NCBI GenBank assembly: GCA_032116115.1
Contig: JAUMAX010000020.1
Coordinates: 6,220 to 70,219 of the forward strand
Source: Porphyrobacter sp.
GTDB taxonomy: Bacteria; Pseudomonadota; Alphaproteobacteria; Sphingomonadales; Sphingomonadaceae
Direction of reading: 5' to 3'
DNA length: 64,000 nt
Shown here piece by piece: positions 15,542 to 24,422 of the stretch. Position 1 is the stretch's first letter; each line of letters begins with the position of its first letter. The translations under genes and the position numbers were made by a program. Below the pieces are notes generated by a model. That model was not told the DNA's origin. It made no database searches and saw only the letters and a list, made by a program, of their open reading frames with translations.

Positions 15542-16376
15542 CCCTCCCCTACTTTTGATCTTTGTTTAAAAGATCTATTTTTGCGACCGAAAGGCCCAGG
15601 TGCCGATCAAACTATTGATCGAGCTCCTCAAAGGTCAGCGGCTTCTGCCGTTTTCTACCTAAGATGAAGCGAGCACTGGTTGCTTTCGTTTATGCAGATA
15701 GTGGACGGCAGGCGGCGGGGCACGTGACATTGCTGCCAATCGGCGCTCGGAATAGGACCGATATGGCGGGAAGGCTGCCGGGGCGTTGTTGAGATGCCTT
15801 TTCAAAAGCGGTTGAGCGGAGAGTAGGGGGCTTTGAAAGACTTTATAAAACAATACTGTGGTGCATCTCATGTCGCAATTTGGCTCGCCTTTGGTCTGGT
15901 TGAAAATGGTGGCAAGATGACTGCAATATCTCGCGCCCCCGCGTTGCTCCGTCAGCGGCACAGCTCAAATGCCCCCGATGCCACTTTGCAGCCTTCTCAC
16001 TTCGGGTTTGCTTTGGGCTGGCTGGCGGCGCACGCATGCACACAGATCGGTTGGTTCAAGCAAGCCCGTTGATCGAGGAAGCAATAAATCGAAGATTTGA
16101 TCCGAAGGCTTCGAGATCAATTTTCCTGCGCGCATTGGCGGATCGTCCAATGCGGCGAAACAACGATCATATTGGTTGTTTTGAGGCGGCGTCCCCCGGC
16201 TCTGGGCACGATACCGGTCTACCGCATATACATGCGGGTGATGAGTGGAGACATTCCCGTGAATGCGCGCCCACTAGCGATCCCGCCGCCCCCTTTGCGA
16301 CAATTTCACCGGGGCTCCCACCGCTGAATTGGGGGTCATGCCATAGCAATCACAACTGCCCAGAGGAAAGGCGCAG

Positions 16377-16709
16377 CTACTCTGGCGCTGGCTGATCAAG
16401 CGCACCCAGCTTTCCCGCCGCGATAATCGCAGTCCGGAGAGCATGCGCGAGCTTGCCGTTCACCACCTCGGCGAACACCTCACGCTTGATTGCAATTAAC
16501 TCGGGTGACTGCGGACCAAGTTCATCCAAAGCGGATTGGACGATGCCCAGGACATCCTTGTGCGTTAGCGCAAGGCATGTCTCCGACTGCGCCAGCCGCG
16601 CCGCTTCGAAGTCAAACCCGATCGCACCAAGTGACGGCTTGCGATATTGTTCAGGCATAGAAACCTCATAGACTTTTGGGCGAACTGTCATTGTTGATAG
16701 CATGTCCAC
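16377..16709 (-). CDS. Small hypothetical protein
   Basis: 110-codon ORF with natural-looking helical sequence downstream of a long AT-rich intergenic region; start uncertain. Confidence 0.5.
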   Translation of the reverse strand: MDMLSTMTVRPKVYEVSMPEQYRKPSLGAIGFDFEAARLAQSETCLALTHKDVLGIVQSALDELGPQSPELIAIKREVFAEVVNGKLAHALRTAIIAAGKLGALDQPAPE

Positions 16710-17928
16710 CTAGGGTGTCCCATTAAAGTGCGCAAACGAAAGATGAGCACCTAGTATCTTGGGAAGCCAAATAAATGACACGTTAGCTGAATATTTTATA
16801 ATTTTCATTCGATTATTAATCGAACTAAGCAATTATTATTAATCAATACGCGTGATTACGCATATTGTGGCAAAATATGCACGACTCATCGCAATCATAT
16901 CGTTATAAAATTTAGCTTAAATGCTAGAAACAAAAATACAGTAAACCCTCAGTATTACACTTTGATTATACTAAAGCGGTCAGTAAAATCCAACAACTTG
17001 ACTACATTTTTTTACATTTACTAAAAAACCTCTAAATACTATCCTGAAATTGATATTTCTAACTTAATCCCGTTGACTTCGTTGGAGGCATTTATCAATT
17101 AGCCGATCCTGATTGCGTAAAGGCCTCCCAATGCGAGTTGGCAGTACGACCTGAATCCCCTGCATTTGCGGTCCCCCAACGCACTGTTTTTGATCCCTAG
17201 GCGAGGATCTGCGCAACAGCATTTCCCCAGCTGACTGTCAAAATTGCAAAAAATACAATAAGTTCAGGGATGATTGTTGCCGCAGGCAGATCGACGAGAA
17301 CAATATCGACGTTTGCGGGGATGGGTGATCTGGCGATGCAATCAGCTCTTGCGCCCATCAAGTGGCGACAGACAAGGTGTTCAGCGTTGGCGTCGAGTTC
17401 CTCGCTGGCGGCGAAATCGGTGCGGCTGTCCGAGGCGACGGGGCAATCATCATCGGCAACCTGAAATGTGCTGCTGATCTCGTGCACTAGGAACTGGGCA
17501 CTCAAACTTTTGCAGTTTTGCATGACTTCCAATTTAACTTTTGCCCACATATTCTTGTCTGTCGCCCCATTTATGCGAGCGGGCGATGGGCTTTTTTTGC
17601 GGCCTCGTCGCGAAGAAGAGTTGCCGTTTTGGTGTCATTTGGCGCGATATTGGCAACAAGTTTGGCGCTATCGACCAAGTGTGGCCCGCTTTTGCGCATA
17701 AAAGCCAGATAGCCGGACAGGCTGCGTTCGGCACAGCTGCATTCCGCGCTCTGAGCCAGTCTGCAATTTCTGGTTGTCAGGTGTTAGCTAAGAGATTGCG
17801 GCACACCTGCCGGCGGGTAACGACGGCATCGCCCCAATGTTGGTTGTTCAGGACAATTCAAACTTCTTCCTCTTTCATGCGTGCAATAGACCGGCCCTGA
17901 TAGTTTAGATCGAGGCCTAAAGCGGATA

Positions 17929-18489
17929 TTACCCCTTGATCACCCACCACTCCGGCCAGTTCACCTTGTGCGGCGTGCGGGTCGAATTCCAAACTTCGCG
18001 CTGCTCTTCCTGGCTAAGCTGCTTGCTGCCGAGCCGCACCAGTGCGGCCTCAACGATCCAGGGATCGAGATCCCAGCGCACGCGGGCTTCATCAGTCGGG
18101 TGCTTGAGCTTGGCCATTCCTAGCAGTTCGAGAATCGCATCAGCTCCAATGCCGACCGAGCGGATCACAATCTTGGAGATACCAGTGGCCTTGTCGTCAC
18201 CTCTTGCCGCCCTCGCGGCTTCGATCGCCTCAAGCGAAGCGCGTGCAGCTGTGCTGTCACCAGCGAGGCCTTTCTGGGTGAGCTGCAGCAGGAACGCCTC
18301 GGCGGCGGTGACTCTGCGCTCGTGCCCATCCTCACGGACGGTCACCATCTGACCCAGCACCGCATCGTAAGGGATCTCGCGGTGACGGTTCTTGGGACGT
18401 CCGCGCGGATTGCCGGACTGCCCCTTGGTGAACTTCGAGGCCTTGGGCGGCTGCCTGTAGCCAACCTGCTCTTGCGCGCCCTCGCTCAT
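17929..18489 (-). CDS. DUF5681-like protein
   Basis: VGYRQPPKASKFTKGQSGNPRGRPK motif; ATGA overlap with the upstream gene. Confidence 0.8.
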   Translation of the reverse strand: MSEGAQEQVGYRQPPKASKFTKGQSGNPRGRPKNRHREIPYDAVLGQMVTVREDGHERRVTAAEAFLLQLTQKGLAGDSTAARASLEAIEAARAARGDDKATGISKIVIRSVGIGADAILELLGMAKLKHPTDEARVRWDLDPWIVEAALVRLGSKQLSQEEQREVWNSTRTPHKVNWPEWWVIKG

Positions 18490-19004
18490 CCGGTGCAACC
18501 TCGAGGCCAGCGCAGCTTGTCGGAATCGAAGGTGAAGAACTCGATGTTCTTTGCATCCTTCTCGGCCAACCTTCGCGTGCCCGGCCTGCTAAGCGCAGCC
18601 TGCGTCGCCCAGGCATGGATTTTCCAGCGATTGGGGAACCCGGGATCGGGTTCTGAAATGCCGAGAACACGCATCGCCTCATTGGCATTGTCGGCATAAT
18701 GATGCCGCTCGACTTTGACCTTCGAGCGTGAGGTCGCACAATTCTTCTTCGCAAGCGTCATTTCGCGCTTCTCGATCATCTTGAGCACTTTGCGGATCGC
18801 CATGCGCTTTCCGGCAAGCGCGTCGCGCAAGGTCTGCTGTTGCAGCACCTCCTCGACCGTCAGCTCGCGCTCCTTCCCGCCGATGGTTGCGGTCATGCGC
18901 TTGTCGAGCACGATCTCGAACGCGGAGACGTTGGGTCGGCGCGGCTTGCGGGGACGCCCGTTGGGATTGCCGGACTGGCCGGGCTTGAAGCGGGTCGTGC
19001 TCAT
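18486..19004 (-). CDS. DUF5681-like protein
   Basis: TRFKPGQSGNPNGRP motif; ATGA overlap with the methyltransferase stop. Confidence 0.8.
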   Translation of the reverse strand: MSTTRFKPGQSGNPNGRPRKPRRPNVSAFEIVLDKRMTATIGGKERELTVEEVLQQQTLRDALAGKRMAIRKVLKMIEKREMTLAKKNCATSRSKVKVERHHYADNANEAMRVLGISEPDPGFPNRWKIHAWATQAALSRPGTRRLAEKDAKNIEFFTFDSDKLRWPRGCTG

Positions 19005-20308
19005 GCGGCAGTCTCGGCGCCAAGCTCGCGGTGAACGAGCTCCGGCTCCTTGCCGGTGAGGTCGGTCCAGCGCTGCATGGCAAGGTTTACATAGGCTGGG
19101 TCGATATCGAGCCCGCGGAACCGGCGGCCGACTCGCTCGGCTGCGATCAGGCTTGTTCCCGAGCCGAGGAAGATATCGAGCACCAGCTCCCCCTGCCGGG
19201 TCACGTCGCAATAGGCGTCCGCCACCATGGCAACCGGCTTGACCGTCGGATGCAGGTCCAGGTCTTCCCGGCGAGACCCGCGCATCGAGTTGACGCTCGC
19301 ATAGTCCCAGACATTGGTGCGGTTGCGTCCGTGCTTGCCGAGTTCGACATTGTTGATGTGAGGGCCGCTGCCGACCCGGTAGACGAACACCATCTCGTGC
19401 TTCGAGCGGTAGAGCGAGCCCATGCCGGCATTGCTCTTGTTCCAGACGCAGATGTTGAGAAGGTCGTCATAGATGCCGGATACCGAGGCAGTAACGTCGT
19501 CCATGTGGCGCCAGTCCATGCAGACAAAATGCACCGCGCCATCGCGTGATACCTTGGCGCAGGCGCCGAGCGTGTCAGTAAGGAAGGTCCGGAACTCGGT
19601 ATCGGTCATCTCGCCCGATGCCATCGCGAACTCGCGGTGACGGCCCTTGGCATTGGCATGGCCATTGATCTTCACGTTGTAAGGCGGGTCGAGGAACGCG
19701 CAGTCGATCACACTGCCCTCCCCGACGATCGCATGGAGGAACGCGGCATCGCGGCCATCCCCGCAGCCGATGCGGTGCTCGCCCAGCTGCCAGATGTCGC
19801 CGGGCATGACGCGCGGGTTCTCGGGCACAGCGGGGATGACCTCGTCGTCCGGATCCTCGGTCTCGGACAGAACCACGTCGATCTCGCCGGGGCTGAACCC
19901 GGTGAGCCCCAGGTCGATATCGATGTCGGGCATCGACAGGTCAGCAAGTTCCAGCTTGAGGATCTCGGTATCCCAGCCTGCGTTGAGCGCGATCTTGTTG
20001 TCTGCAAGGCGCAGCGCCCGCTTCTGAGGCTCGGTCAGACCATCCAAAGTGATCACCGGAACCTTTTCGAGCCCAATTTCCTTGGCAGCCCGCAATCGGC
20101 CGTGCCCGGCGATAAGGTTGCCCTCGGGATCGGCGAGGATCGGGTTGGTGAACCCGAACGCCGTGATCGATTGCACGATCTGCGTAACCTGCTTCCTGGA
20201 ATGGGTACGCGCATTGCGCGGGTCAGGCGTCAGATCGCCGGGGGCCTTGTAGACCACCTGAAGCGTCCGGTCGGCGGGTAGTCCCGCCTTTGAGGGAGGG
20301 TTGGACAT
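19001..20308 (-). CDS. ParB-like domain plus N4/N6 DNA methyltransferase (beta class)
   Basis: N-terminal RNARTH...FGFTNPIL...IAGHGRL; motif IV DPPY precedes motif I LDIFLGSGT. Confidence 0.9.
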   Translation of the reverse strand: MSNPPSKAGLPADRTLQVVYKAPGDLTPDPRNARTHSRKQVTQIVQSITAFGFTNPILADPEGNLIAGHGRLRAAKEIGLEKVPVITLDGLTEPQKRALRLADNKIALNAGWDTEILKLELADLSMPDIDIDLGLTGFSPGEIDVVLSETEDPDDEVIPAVPENPRVMPGDIWQLGEHRIGCGDGRDAAFLHAIVGEGSVIDCAFLDPPYNVKINGHANAKGRHREFAMASGEMTDTEFRTFLTDTLGACAKVSRDGAVHFVCMDWRHMDDVTASVSGIYDDLLNICVWNKSNAGMGSLYRSKHEMVFVYRVGSGPHINNVELGKHGRNRTNVWDYASVNSMRGSRREDLDLHPTVKPVAMVADAYCDVTRQGELVLDIFLGSGTSLIAAERVGRRFRGLDIDPAYVNLAMQRWTDLTGKEPELVHRELGAETAA

Positions 20309-20488
20309 AAGTGGAACATACCACGCAAGCCCCTCTTTCAAAAGCAACAAGACTCAACTTTATTCACAGCTGTGGAAACGACTGGACTACGGCGGCACGG
20401 CAAGCATTACTGTTCCTGCGCCCGGCGAACCGGGCTCGTCCCGGTAGCGGCGGCCATTCCGGCCCCGCCGCGCAAACCGGAGACGAAC

Positions 20489-20731
20489 ATGGCTGCTACC
20501 AACGCCGCAACCAGCCCCAGCGCCGCAAAGCCCGCGAGCAAGCTCGATACACTCGAGAAGCTGCTCACGCGCAAGAACGGCGCCGCCATTGCCGAGATGA
20601 CCAAAGCCACCGGATGGCAACAGCACTCGGTGCGCGGCGCGCTTGCAGGCGCCATGAGGAAGCGCGGGCACACGATCACCTCGGACAAGGTGGATGGCAC
20701 GCGCCGCTACAAGATCGAGGTCGCCCAATGA
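20489..20731 (+). CDS. DUF3489-like small winged-helix protein
   Basis: SD GGAG; GAAIAEMTKATGWQQHSVRGALAG motif. Confidence 0.8.
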   Translation: MAATNAATSPSAAKPASKLDTLEKLLTRKNGAAIAEMTKATGWQQHSVRGALAGAMRKRGHTITSDKVDGTRRYKIEVAQ

Positions 20732-21135
20732 TCGCCGAGGTTGAGCGGCTCGTTGCCGAGATCGAGACCCTCGATCTCGAAGGCCTGCGCGATGTTTGGA
20801 GGGAGCGCTACGGCGCCCCTCCCCCGCTGCGCTCGGCGCCGATCATGCGCCAGCTGCTGGCATGGCGCGTGCAGGCACAGGCGCTGGGCGGGCTGGATGC
20901 CGAGACCCGCAAGGTATTGGCACGCTCCGGTCCCGTGCAGGCCGACGGCAAGCACCTCGGGGTTGGCGCGCAGCTGACGCGCATCTGGAAAGGCCGCGAG
21001 ATCACGGTGATCGTCGAGGAACAGGGGTTCCGCTGGGAGGACGAGCTGTTCCCCAGCCTCTCGGCCGCGGCCACCGCAATCGCAGGCACGCGCTGGAACG
21101 GGCCGCGCTTCTTCGGCTTGCGAGATGCTGCATGA
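20728..21135 (+). CDS. DUF2924-like protein
   Basis: LRDVWRERYG.PPP...LLAWRVQ...GGLD; LTRIWKG...SLSAAATAIAGTRWNGPRFFGL; ATGA overlaps at both ends. Confidence 0.82.
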   Translation: MIAEVERLVAEIETLDLEGLRDVWRERYGAPPPLRSAPIMRQLLAWRVQAQALGGLDAETRKVLARSGPVQADGKHLGVGAQLTRIWKGREITVIVEEQGFRWEDELFPSLSAAATAIAGTRWNGPRFFGLRDAA

Positions 21136-22712
21136 GCAAGATCGCCAAGATTATCCGCTGCGCGATCTATACCCGCAAGTCGTCGGACGAAGGACTTGAT
21201 CAGGCGTTTAACAGCCTCGATGCACAGCGCGCTGCGGGCGAGGCGTACATCACCAGTCAGGCCAGCGAGGGCTGGACCATCATCCCGACCCTGTATGATG
21301 ATGGTGGGTACTCGGGCGGTACGATGGAGCGGCCCGGCCTGAAGGCTCTGCTCGCCGATATCGAGGGCGGGCACATTGACTTGGTTGTAGTCTACAAGAT
21401 CGACCGCCTGACCCGCTCGCTGACCGACTTCTCGCGCATCATCGAGACCTTCGACAAGGCAGGTACCAGCTTCGTCTCGGTGACCCAGTCGTTCAACACC
21501 ACCGATTCCATGGGACGATTGATGCTCAATGTGCTGCTCTCCTTTGCGCAGTTCGAGCGCGAGGTGACCGGCGAGCGCATCCGCGACAAGATTGCCGCCT
21601 CCAAAGCCAAGGGGATGTGGATGGGCGGCAACCTGCCGCTGGGCTATGATCTGCCTGCAGTGGGAACCCGAACCTTGCTGGTCAACGAGGGCGAAGCCGG
21701 AACTGTGCGGCACATCTTCAATCGCTACCTCGAGATCGGCTCGGTTCATGCGCTCCAGCGCGAACTCACCAGCCAAGGGATCAACTCCAAGCTTCGCACC
21801 TTCTCGACCGGTCGGACCTCGAGCGGGCAAGCATTCAGCCGCGGGGCGCTATTTCACCTGCTTCGCAACCAGATCTATCTGGGCAAGATTGTGCATAGGG
21901 GCCGGGTGTTCGAAGGTGCGCACGACGGGATTGTGGAGCCTGATCTGTTCGAGCGTGTGCAGAAGCGTCTTGATGCGCAAGCTCGGAGGCACAGCGCGAA
22001 CGCCGAGCATCGCAGTCAAAAGGCTCCGCTAACCGGCAAGCTGTTCGATGCCGTCGGAGAGCCGATGAGCCCTGCCGCCTCGCGCGGCAGATCGGGCCGC
22101 GCCTATCGCTACTACGTCTCTGCCTCGCTGCAGCAGGGCTTGCGGCCTTCAGATGCGAATCTGGTTCAGCGGCTGTCGGCGCCCGAGATCGAGCGGATCA
22201 TCGCCGAAGCAATCCGGCGCTGGTATTTGCGCGCCGAAGATCCTTTTGCGGTCGTAAAGTCTGTCCACCTGAGCGAGCGCGGGCTGCAGCTCACCCTCGA
22301 AGCTACCCACTGCACCAACCTGATGACGCGGCTTGCTGACAATGAGGTCATCCTTGATCGCACCCCCGACCGCGTGACCATCCTCTTGCCCATTATTTTC
22401 CCGACCCGTGGAGGGCGTCATCTTGTGGTCCCGGCACAGGCACGCCCGCCGCAGCCGGATCGGGTTCTGATTGGGGCGCTGCGCAAGGCGCATGCGATGC
22501 TCAGCACTGAGCGCGGACTACCGACAATTGAGGCAGCGCCAACCTCGCCTTACGATCGCAGCATCCTGCGGCTCGCATTTCTCGCGCCCGACATCCAGCA
22601 AGCTATCCTAGAAGGTCGCCAGCCGCACCGCCTCAACCTGGAGACGTTCAAGAGCATCGAGCTGCCCCTGAACTGGTCGCGACAGCGCGATTTGCTGGGA
22701 ATCAGGCAATAG
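21132..22712 (+). CDS. Large serine recombinase (resolvase plus recombinase domains)
   Basis: RCAIYTRKS catalytic Ser, SLDAQR, DDGGYSGG..ERPGL, KIDRLTRS, FAQFEREVTGERIRDKIAASKAKGMWMGG..PLGYD. Confidence 0.93.
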   Translation: MSKIAKIIRCAIYTRKSSDEGLDQAFNSLDAQRAAGEAYITSQASEGWTIIPTLYDDGGYSGGTMERPGLKALLADIEGGHIDLVVVYKIDRLTRSLTDFSRIIETFDKAGTSFVSVTQSFNTTDSMGRLMLNVLLSFAQFEREVTGERIRDKIAASKAKGMWMGGNLPLGYDLPAVGTRTLLVNEGEAGTVRHIFNRYLEIGSVHALQRELTSQGINSKLRTFSTGRTSSGQAFSRGALFHLLRNQIYLGKIVHRGRVFEGAHDGIVEPDLFERVQKRLDAQARRHSANAEHRSQKAPLTGKLFDAVGEPMSPAASRGRSGRAYRYYVSASLQQGLRPSDANLVQRLSAPEIERIIAEAIRRWYLRAEDPFAVVKSVHLSERGLQLTLEATHCTNLMTRLADNEVILDRTPDRVTILLPIIFPTRGGRHLVVPAQARPPQPDRVLIGALRKAHAMLSTERGLPTIEAAPTSPYDRSILRLAFLAPDIQQAILEGRQPHRLNLETFKSIELPLNWSRQRDLLGIRQ

Positions 22713-22719
22713 CGCGATC

Positions 22720-22939
22720 ATCTGATATTCCGATCAATCACCCTGATACGGTCGATTGAAGTCCCTGTTACGGGGCCTTAAATCCCCTGTTCGTGCGAAT
22801 AACAGGAATCCGCCTTTTCCGTCGCACAGCCTATTGAAACGGCGTGATTTTTTCAGGCCGCATCGCGCGCGAGCGGCTCGGAATGGCCTGTTTTGGCGTT
22901 CAAATGAACGTTTTTCCCTGTTCTTCCCTGTTTAACAGG
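22720..22939. repeat. Cluster of CCTG(T/A)T boxes, three at an exact 22-bp period, plus inverted AACAGG copies
   Basis: ccctgat 22741, ccctgtt 22763 and 22785, aacagg 22801, cctgtt 22887, ccctgtt 22916 and 22926, palindrome cctgtttaacagg 22927-22939. Confidence 0.7.
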
Positions 22940-23109
22940 CAAACCGAACCGATGCAGGATCGGCAAGAGACGGGCCGCGCAAATGCCGCCTGATATCGCC
23001 GATGAGACAGCCACAATGATGCGGCCGTTACGGTTTGGCGCGCGCAAACCGGCCTGTTCCGCGGACTTGCGGTAGGTACCCGAATCCAGAGACGAGTGCT
23101 GGGGGTCGG

Positions 23110-23200
23110 TGGCGGAGCAGGTGGGATTCGAACCCACGATACGCTTTTGACGTATACACACTTTCCAGGCGTGCGCCTTCGACCACTCGGCCACTGCTCC
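23110..23200 (-). tRNA. tRNA-Ser (anticodon GGA), 91 nt with encoded CCA
   Basis: Acceptor stem GGAGCAG/CTGCTCC, D loop GAGTGGTC, anticodon loop CTGGAAA, long variable arm, GGTTCGAATCC, G-CCA end. Confidence 0.97.
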
Positions 23201-23324
23201 GTGCACCTTTGTGCGCTACCGCTTTGCTGCCTGAGCGCAAGGAGGTGGCGCCCGTGAGGGCAAGAACGCGCCACTAGCCGCGAATGGATTGCTTCGCAAG
23301 GCGCGTGGTGGCACCAATTGGCGC

Positions 23325-24419
23325 ATGAGAACGATGCTTCTGTCGGCTTCGGCCGCGCTCGCCCTTGCCCTGCCGCTGGCTGCTCAGGAAGCTGCCAAGC
23401 CGGTGGCCTTGGCACCCTCGGAAATTGTCGCCGCTGCGCCCAGGGCGGACTGGGTGGCGATCCCGGCGGAGGATCTGCTGGTGATGACCCTTGCGCCGGA
23501 TGCGGATGGCAAGCCGCGGCAGGTGGTGATCCAGCTGATGCCTGCCCCCTTCTCGCAAGGCTGGGTGCACAACATCCGCCTGTTCGCGCGCGCCGGGTGG
23601 TATGACGGGATTTCGGTGAACCGGGTGCAGGACAATTACGTCACCCAGTGGGGCGATCCCAATTACGACAACCCCGAAGCGACGGGGAAGCCGAAGCCCT
23701 TGCCCGAGGGGCTGAAGGTGATGGGAGAGAGCGAGTATGTTACTTCGGGTCTCGAAAAGCGGCTTGAATACATCGAACCCCTCGTCATGAGTCTTTTTTC
23801 GAGCATGGTGGCAGGTGGCTACCAAGCTGGCACAGTCGAGCCTCCCGCCCCATCAGACGAAACTGACAACGCTGATGCGACTTACGCGAAGTTCGCCCGC
23901 GACCGCTATGCACCCTACAATCTGTTCCTTGCCGGATGGCCGATTGCAGGTAGCACGACCGTCGAACGTGGAACCCCCAGTGGGCAGTATTGGCCCACCC
24001 ACTGCTACGGCATGGTCGGCGTGGGACGGAACTATTCGCCGGACACCGGTTCGGGCGCGGAGCTCTATACCGTGATCGGCCATGCGCCGCGCCACCTTGA
24101 TCGCAATATCGCGCTGGTGGGGCGGGTGATCGAGGGGATGCAGCACCTTTCCAGCCTGCCACGTGGGTCGGGCGATCTGGGGTTCTACACCGCCGAGGAA
24201 GCCGCCAAGCGCACGCCGATCCTGTCGGTGCGGGTGGCGAGCGATCTGCCCGCTGGGGAGCAACAGCAGTTCGAATACCTCTCGACCGAAAGCACCACCT
24301 TCGCGACCTACGCCGAAGCCATCGCCAACCGCCGCGATCCGTTCTTTATCGTCCCCGCTGGCGGCGCAGACATCTGCAACATCCGCGTGCCGGTGCGGCG
24401 CGTGGCTGAGGGGGGCTAG
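23325..24419 (+). CDS. Periplasmic cyclophilin-type peptidyl-prolyl isomerase
   Basis: Signal peptide; YDGISVNRVQDNYVTQWGDP, GMVGVGR, GAELYTVIGHAPRHLDRNIALVGRVIEGM. Confidence 0.8.
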   Translation: MRTMLLSASAALALALPLAAQEAAKPVALAPSEIVAAAPRADWVAIPAEDLLVMTLAPDADGKPRQVVIQLMPAPFSQGWVHNIRLFARAGWYDGISVNRVQDNYVTQWGDPNYDNPEATGKPKPLPEGLKVMGESEYVTSGLEKRLEYIEPLVMSLFSSMVAGGYQAGTVEPPAPSDETDNADATYAKFARDRYAPYNLFLAGWPIAGSTTVERGTPSGQYWPTHCYGMVGVGRNYSPDTGSGAELYTVIGHAPRHLDRNIALVGRVIEGMQHLSSLPRGSGDLGFYTAEEAAKRTPILSVRVASDLPAGEQQQFEYLSTESTTFATYAEAIANRRDPFFIVPAGGADICNIRVPVRRVAEGG

Positions 24420-24422
24420 GGC

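Larger units (their letters stand above)
17929..23109. mobile_element. Serine-recombinase integrative module next to the 3' end of tRNA-Ser
   Basis: Two divergent translationally coupled operons (MTase-DUF5681 x2; DUF3489-DUF2924-recombinase) abutting the tRNA; left boundary not located. Confidence 0.7.

Noticed and set aside
15604-15621. Possible FNR/FixK box
   Set aside because: The half-sites are in the reverse arrangement (ATCAA-N4-TTGAT, not TTGAT-N4-ATCAA); kept only as an unassigned palindrome.
16720-17120. CtrA boxes in the AT-rich region
   Set aside because: Several TTAA occur but I found no TTAA-N7-TTAA pair.
17197-17550. 117-aa minus-strand ORF and overlapping small ORFs
   Set aside because: No motif, no clear SD, and several competing frames; coding status cannot be supported.
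20311-22712. ORF-track extensions of the DUF2924-like gene (from 20311) and the recombinase (from 20796)
   Set aside because: The extensions overlap neighbouring real genes in other frames; ATGA-coupled starts at 20728 and 21132 fit better.
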